NCBI GenBank assembly: GCA_964406675.1
Contig: CAYOSP010000003.1
Span: 63,007-127,006 of the forward strand
Length of the DNA: 64,000 bases
Origin: an uncultured Eubacteriales bacterium
GTDB taxonomy: Bacteria; Actinomycetota; Coriobacteriia; Anaerosomatales; JAUVQN01
Reading direction: 5' to 3'
A program made the position numbers and the translations under genes. Shown in pieces: positions 60,722 through 64,000 of this stretch (position 1 is the first letter of the stretch; each line of letters opens with the position of its first letter). Below the pieces are notes generated by a model. The model was not told the origin of the DNA. It made no database searches and worked only from the letters and a program-made list of their open reading frames with translations.

Positions 60722-61561
60722 ATGTGCCGCTTCTGCATAGAGCACGGCGAGGGCGAGGCGTGGTACCTGCATGCCGAGAACTACGCGCGCGACCTCGACT
60801 CGGACCTGCGCAGGCGCGAGTACATGGTGGACTTCATCCGCGATTTCGACCGCAACCGCGCCCGCGCCATCGCCGGGCTCGAGCTCGCCTCCACGCTGCC
60901 CGGGCCGCTCGAGCGGGTGGTGAAGCGCGGGGTGTCGAAGCGGATGCAGGAGCATCACTTCGGCCAGCCGGTGCCCAAGGAGGACTGCGAGCGGATCCTC
61001 GACATCTGCACGAGCATCACCCGGATCCCCTGCGTGTGTCGCCGGTTCGCCGGCACGGACGACGACAGGTACTGCATGCTCGTCACCACCCAGCCGCCGG
61101 AGTCGATCCTCATGGAGGGCTTCGCCGACTATCAGGACGGTCCGGGTCTCGAGGACTTCCACCGGGTGAGCAAGGCCGAGGCGATCGAGATGCTCGAGGA
61201 GTGCGAGCGGCGCGGTCTCATGCACTCGGTGTGGACGTTCATCACGCCGTTCATCGCGGCGATCTGCAACTGCGACCTCGAGAGCGGCTGCATGGCGATG
61301 CGCATCACGCGGGAGTTCGAGACGCCGATCATGTGGCACGGCGAGTACGTCGCCGTGCTCGACGAGGATCGCTGCACGAGGTGCGGCGAATGCGTGGAGC
61401 GCTGCCCGTTCGACGCGATCGACACCGCCGCGGGCTCCGACGCCCCGACGCCGGACCCGATCCGCTGCTACGGGTGCGGCATCTGTCGCGGCGCGTGCGG
61501 TGAGGACGCGCTCTCGCTCGTGGATCGGAGAGAGGTACCGGGCGCCGCTTCGGTCTGGTGA
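60722..61561 (+). CDS. Fe-S protein with two ferredoxin-type 4Fe-4S motifs and a Cys-rich N-terminal domain (function unknown)
   Basis: Track ORF 60104..61561, trimmed to ATG 60722 (GGGGAGAAG SD). CTRCGECVERCP and CYGCGICRGAC motifs. N-terminus MCRFCIEHGEGEAWY. Confidence 0.75.
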   Translation: MCRFCIEHGEGEAWYLHAENYARDLDSDLRRREYMVDFIRDFDRNRARAIAGLELASTLPGPLERVVKRGVSKRMQEHHFGQPVPKEDCERILDICTSITRIPCVCRRFAGTDDDRYCMLVTTQPPESILMEGFADYQDGPGLEDFHRVSKAEAIEMLEECERRGLMHSVWTFITPFIAAICNCDLESGCMAMRITREFETPIMWHGEYVAVLDEDRCTRCGECVERCPFDAIDTAAGSDAPTPDPIRCYGCGICRGACGEDALSLVDRREVPGAASVW

Positions 61562-61607
61562 GCGGCCGAAGGCCCGGACGTCAGGCGGCCGAAGGCCCGT
61601 GCGTCAG
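61562..61607. repeat. 23-bp x2 tandem repeat between convergent genes (GCGGCCGAAGGCCCG-GA/TG-CGTCAG)
   Basis: Units at 61562-61584 and 61585-61607, counted directly. The second unit contains the stop of the minus-strand phosphatase gene. Confidence 0.85.
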
Positions 61608-63250
61608 GCTGCCGACGTCCTGAGCGCCACCATGGCGAGGTCGTCGTCCAGACGGCCCTGGGTGAACGAGAACACCTCGGAGAACAGCGCCTCGGGGAGG
61701 CGGCGCGCGTCGAGCTCGCTGTGACTCGCGACCGCGGCGAGGAGCCGCTCGTCGCCGAACTGCCGGTCGTCGCGCGAGCGCGCGGACACGAGCCCGTCCG
61801 TGTACATGAGCAGCAGATCATGCGGTCCGAACTCGGTGGTGCGCTCGTCGAACCGTCCCTCGCCTCGGCCGAGTACGGTGCTCGGGGCCGCATCCAGCAG
61901 TACCGGATGTGCGCCCGCCCTGAGCAGCACCGGCGAGGAGTGCCCGGCGAGCGAGTAGGTGAGCGAGCCCTCCCGCGGGTCCACCGAGGCCATGAACGCC
62001 GAGGCGACGCGCTCGTCCGCCCGGCGGGCCAGGATGCCGTCGCTCCGTTGGAGCGCGGCGGCCGGGCCTCGCTCCTCCAGCACGGCGCCTTCGAGGGCGT
62101 TGCGCACGAAGGAAGCCGTGGGCGCGGCTCTCGTCCCCTGCCCCTTCGCCTCGCCGATGAACGCGCCGATCCCGCCGTCCCCGAGGTCGAACACGCCGTA
62201 GAAGTCGCCGCTCGCGGCGCTTCCCGTGGACGCCGAGTAGGCGAGGTGACCGATCTCGAATCCCGGGACGTCCTCGGGCACGCAGCGGAAGGCGCTCTCC
62301 ATGGAGTGTCGCAGCGTGCGTTCGTGAGCGTACTCGCGGGCGTTGCCGAGCGCGAGGGACAGCGAGACCTTGAGCCGCTCCGCCAGTTCGTGATGCGCGG
62401 CCCCCATGGCGGGTTCGGTGCCCCAACAGAATCCCATCACGCCGGTGATCTCGCCCGCGTAGGTGACGGGAACGAGCAGGAAGCCGCCGAGATCGTGGCG
62501 CTCGAGCAGGTCGCGCTCGCGCCCTCCCGCCGTGGCGAACGAGCCGACCGAGACCACCTCGCCGCGCTCCGCGGCGAGCCGGGGGAGGCTGTAGCGGTCC
62601 TCCTCGAAGCGGCGGCCGACCACTTCCTCGGGCCAGCCATGCACGGTGCGGAACCGCCACGCGCCGCCGGTGCGGTCGGCGAACCAGCCCCAGTCCGCGG
62701 CGAGCGCCTCGGTGGCCTCGAGCAGCACGCGCTGGAGGATCTCCTCGGCGTCGAGCGTCGAGAGGAGCGCGGACTGTATCACGTGCAGGGAGCGGATCAC
62801 CTCGTCCTTCCGCGCCTCTCGCCGCGTCTTCCTCTCCACCTCGGTGCTGGTGTCGACGGCGATGACGAGCACGTCGTGGGGCTGGGCGAACCTGCCGGGC
62901 ATGGGGAGGAAGGAGAGCTGCCAGTGCCGCACGTTCCCGTCGGGATCGACGTGCCGGTACCTCGTCACGGCGTGGGGCAGCCCGGTGTAGGCGGCGTCCT
63001 GGACGTGGACCGCGGATCCGGCGTCGGAGAGGAAGCCGCGGCTGGGCATCCCGAGCACGTCGGTGACGGGGGACTGTCCGCCGTAGAGGCGGCGGAACGC
63101 GTCGTTGGTCCACACGAAGCGCATCTCCTCGCCGGACCAGACCGCCGCGGGGAACACCGAGCGCAGAAGGCCGTCGAGCTGCTCTCGGTGGATCCCGGGA
63201 TCGTACGATCGGTCGTCGCCGAGGTGCGCGCCTTCCTTCAGTGTCCTCAC
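61604..63250 (-). CDS. PAS-GAF-PP2C (SpoIIE/RsbU-type) protein serine/threonine phosphatase
   Basis: C-terminal SpoIIE-type motifs (SGDFYGVFDL, MYTDGLVS). The N-terminal region looks PAS/GAF-like. GTG start without a clear SD, so the start is uncertain. Confidence 0.85.
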   Translation of the reverse strand: MRTLKEGAHLGDDRSYDPGIHREQLDGLLRSVFPAAVWSGEEMRFVWTNDAFRRLYGGQSPVTDVLGMPSRGFLSDAGSAVHVQDAAYTGLPHAVTRYRHVDPDGNVRHWQLSFLPMPGRFAQPHDVLVIAVDTSTEVERKTRREARKDEVIRSLHVIQSALLSTLDAEEILQRVLLEATEALAADWGWFADRTGGAWRFRTVHGWPEEVVGRRFEEDRYSLPRLAAERGEVVSVGSFATAGGRERDLLERHDLGGFLLVPVTYAGEITGVMGFCWGTEPAMGAAHHELAERLKVSLSLALGNAREYAHERTLRHSMESAFRCVPEDVPGFEIGHLAYSASTGSAASGDFYGVFDLGDGGIGAFIGEAKGQGTRAAPTASFVRNALEGAVLEERGPAAALQRSDGILARRADERVASAFMASVDPREGSLTYSLAGHSSPVLLRAGAHPVLLDAAPSTVLGRGEGRFDERTTEFGPHDLLLMYTDGLVSARSRDDRQFGDERLLAAVASHSELDARRLPEALFSEVFSFTQGRLDDDLAMVALRTSAA

Positions 63251-63384
63251 CGTCCGCAGCTACTCGAGGCGAGAAGGGTCCCCCCACGAAGGGATGTCCC
63301 GCCGGGCGCGGTCTCCCTTCTGCTATCGGCATACCCGCTACCTGTCTGAAGCGGACATCCGAGCAGCCCCCCGACGCGTGCGGG

Positions 63385-63978
63385 TCACTCCGCGACGGCG
63401 TTCGCCACGGTGCGCAGCGTCTCGAAGAGGCGATCGTCGAGCACGGCGTACGCGACGTCGTTGAGGCGCGAGTCCCCGGGGCTGAGCGCGAGGCCCTTGC
63501 TCAGGTGCCCGTCGGGGCCGGCGAGCTCGTCGTGCATCTCGAAGACGTGGACGCGCTCACCCGCCGCGGCGAGTGAGCGGACGAGCTCGTCGTAGGCGAG
63601 CTGCCGCTCGACGAGGGCGGCGTCGGAGTCGCCCGCGACCGAGGGCACGGCGGTACCGAGCACCACCTCGACGGGGCGTCGGCCCGCCACGTCGGCGAGC
63701 GTCCGCGCGCAGTCGGCTAGGTGCGACGGTGGGGAGGAGGTGGCTTGCTCGAAGTCGTCCGCCGAGGGGATCAGGCACGCGACGGTCCCCTCTGGCAGGC
63801 CCGCGACGGTGGAGGCGACCACCGAGGGCGTGCACGGTCCGGGGTCGCGGTACAGGGCGAATCCCTCGCGCTTCACCGACGTGCGGCCGTCCCATCCCCA
63901 GTGGGCGAACCAGCGGTCGACCGTGTCGTCGCCGATGAGGAGCACCTCGAAGCCGTGGCCGTGCGAACCGCTCGGCAT
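63385..63978 (-). CDS. hypothetical protein, possibly a SGNH/GDSL-like hydrolase
   Basis: 197-aa ORF. VLLIGDD (block I-like, with the Ser replaced) and PDGHLS (block V-like DxxH) are only weak hints. Confidence 0.4.
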   Translation of the reverse strand: MPSGSHGHGFEVLLIGDDTVDRWFAHWGWDGRTSVKREGFALYRDPGPCTPSVVASTVAGLPEGTVACLIPSADDFEQATSSPPSHLADCARTLADVAGRRPVEVVLGTAVPSVAGDSDAALVERQLAYDELVRSLAAAGERVHVFEMHDELAGPDGHLSKGLALSPGDSRLNDVAYAVLDDRLFETLRTVANAVAE

Positions 63979-64000
63979 CTCCGGACCGGCCTCGGCGGGG

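Overview
Very GC-rich, gene-dense bacterial chromosome segment. No rRNA, tRNA, CRISPR array or mobile element was recognised. The gene content points to Actinomycetota (mihF-gmk-rpoZ, sepF, divIVA, wall-anchored S8 protease). An anaerobic lineage is likely, given class 1B PyrK/PyrD, reverse-type rubrerythrin and Fe-S proteins; this assignment is an inference.

Layout:
- 1-1.5 kb: end of an ABC importer.
- 3.5-19.4 kb: complete dcw cluster (mraZ rsmH ftsL ftsI murE murF mraY murD ftsW murG murC murB ftsQ ftsZ).
- 20.3-26.2 kb: extended division block (pgeF, phoU, yggS/ylmE, sepF, proC, yggT, divIVA, DUF167).
- 26.4-31.4 kb: T-box-controlled ileS, then a DksA/TraR zinc-finger gene, lspA and rluD.
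- 31.4-36.7 kb: inserted signalling/protease module (receiver, hybrid PAS-GAF histidine kinase, convergent S8 peptidase).
- 36.9-47.6 kb: PyrR-attenuated pyr operon (pyrR B C carA carB pyrK D F E).
- 47.7-50.1 kb: mihF gmk rpoZ thiI.
- 50-64 kb: accessory region.

The order from the dcw genes through ileS, lspA and rluD to the pyr operon matches the Bacillus subtilis order, which makes the inserted genes stand out.

The most interesting material is in the accessory region:
- A DUF3524/GTDC1-like glycosyltransferase sits directly after thiI.
- A PLDc_N mini-protein is coupled to an ABC-2 exporter.
- A compact divergent locus combines the three enzyme families of early PIM-type glycolipid synthesis (GT4, HtrB/PatA-like acyltransferase, CDP-alcohol phosphatidyltransferase). 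It also carries an epimerase, a 399-aa GNAT-like protein, a flippase-like membrane protein, DJ-1, rubrerythrin and a di-cluster Fe-S protein.

Across the window, short tandem duplications (10-23 bp, 2-3 copies) recur at gene boundaries. Several of them place stop codons in all three frames or duplicate start or stop contexts.

All calls rest on motif recognition by eye and the supplied ORF track. No database search was run.
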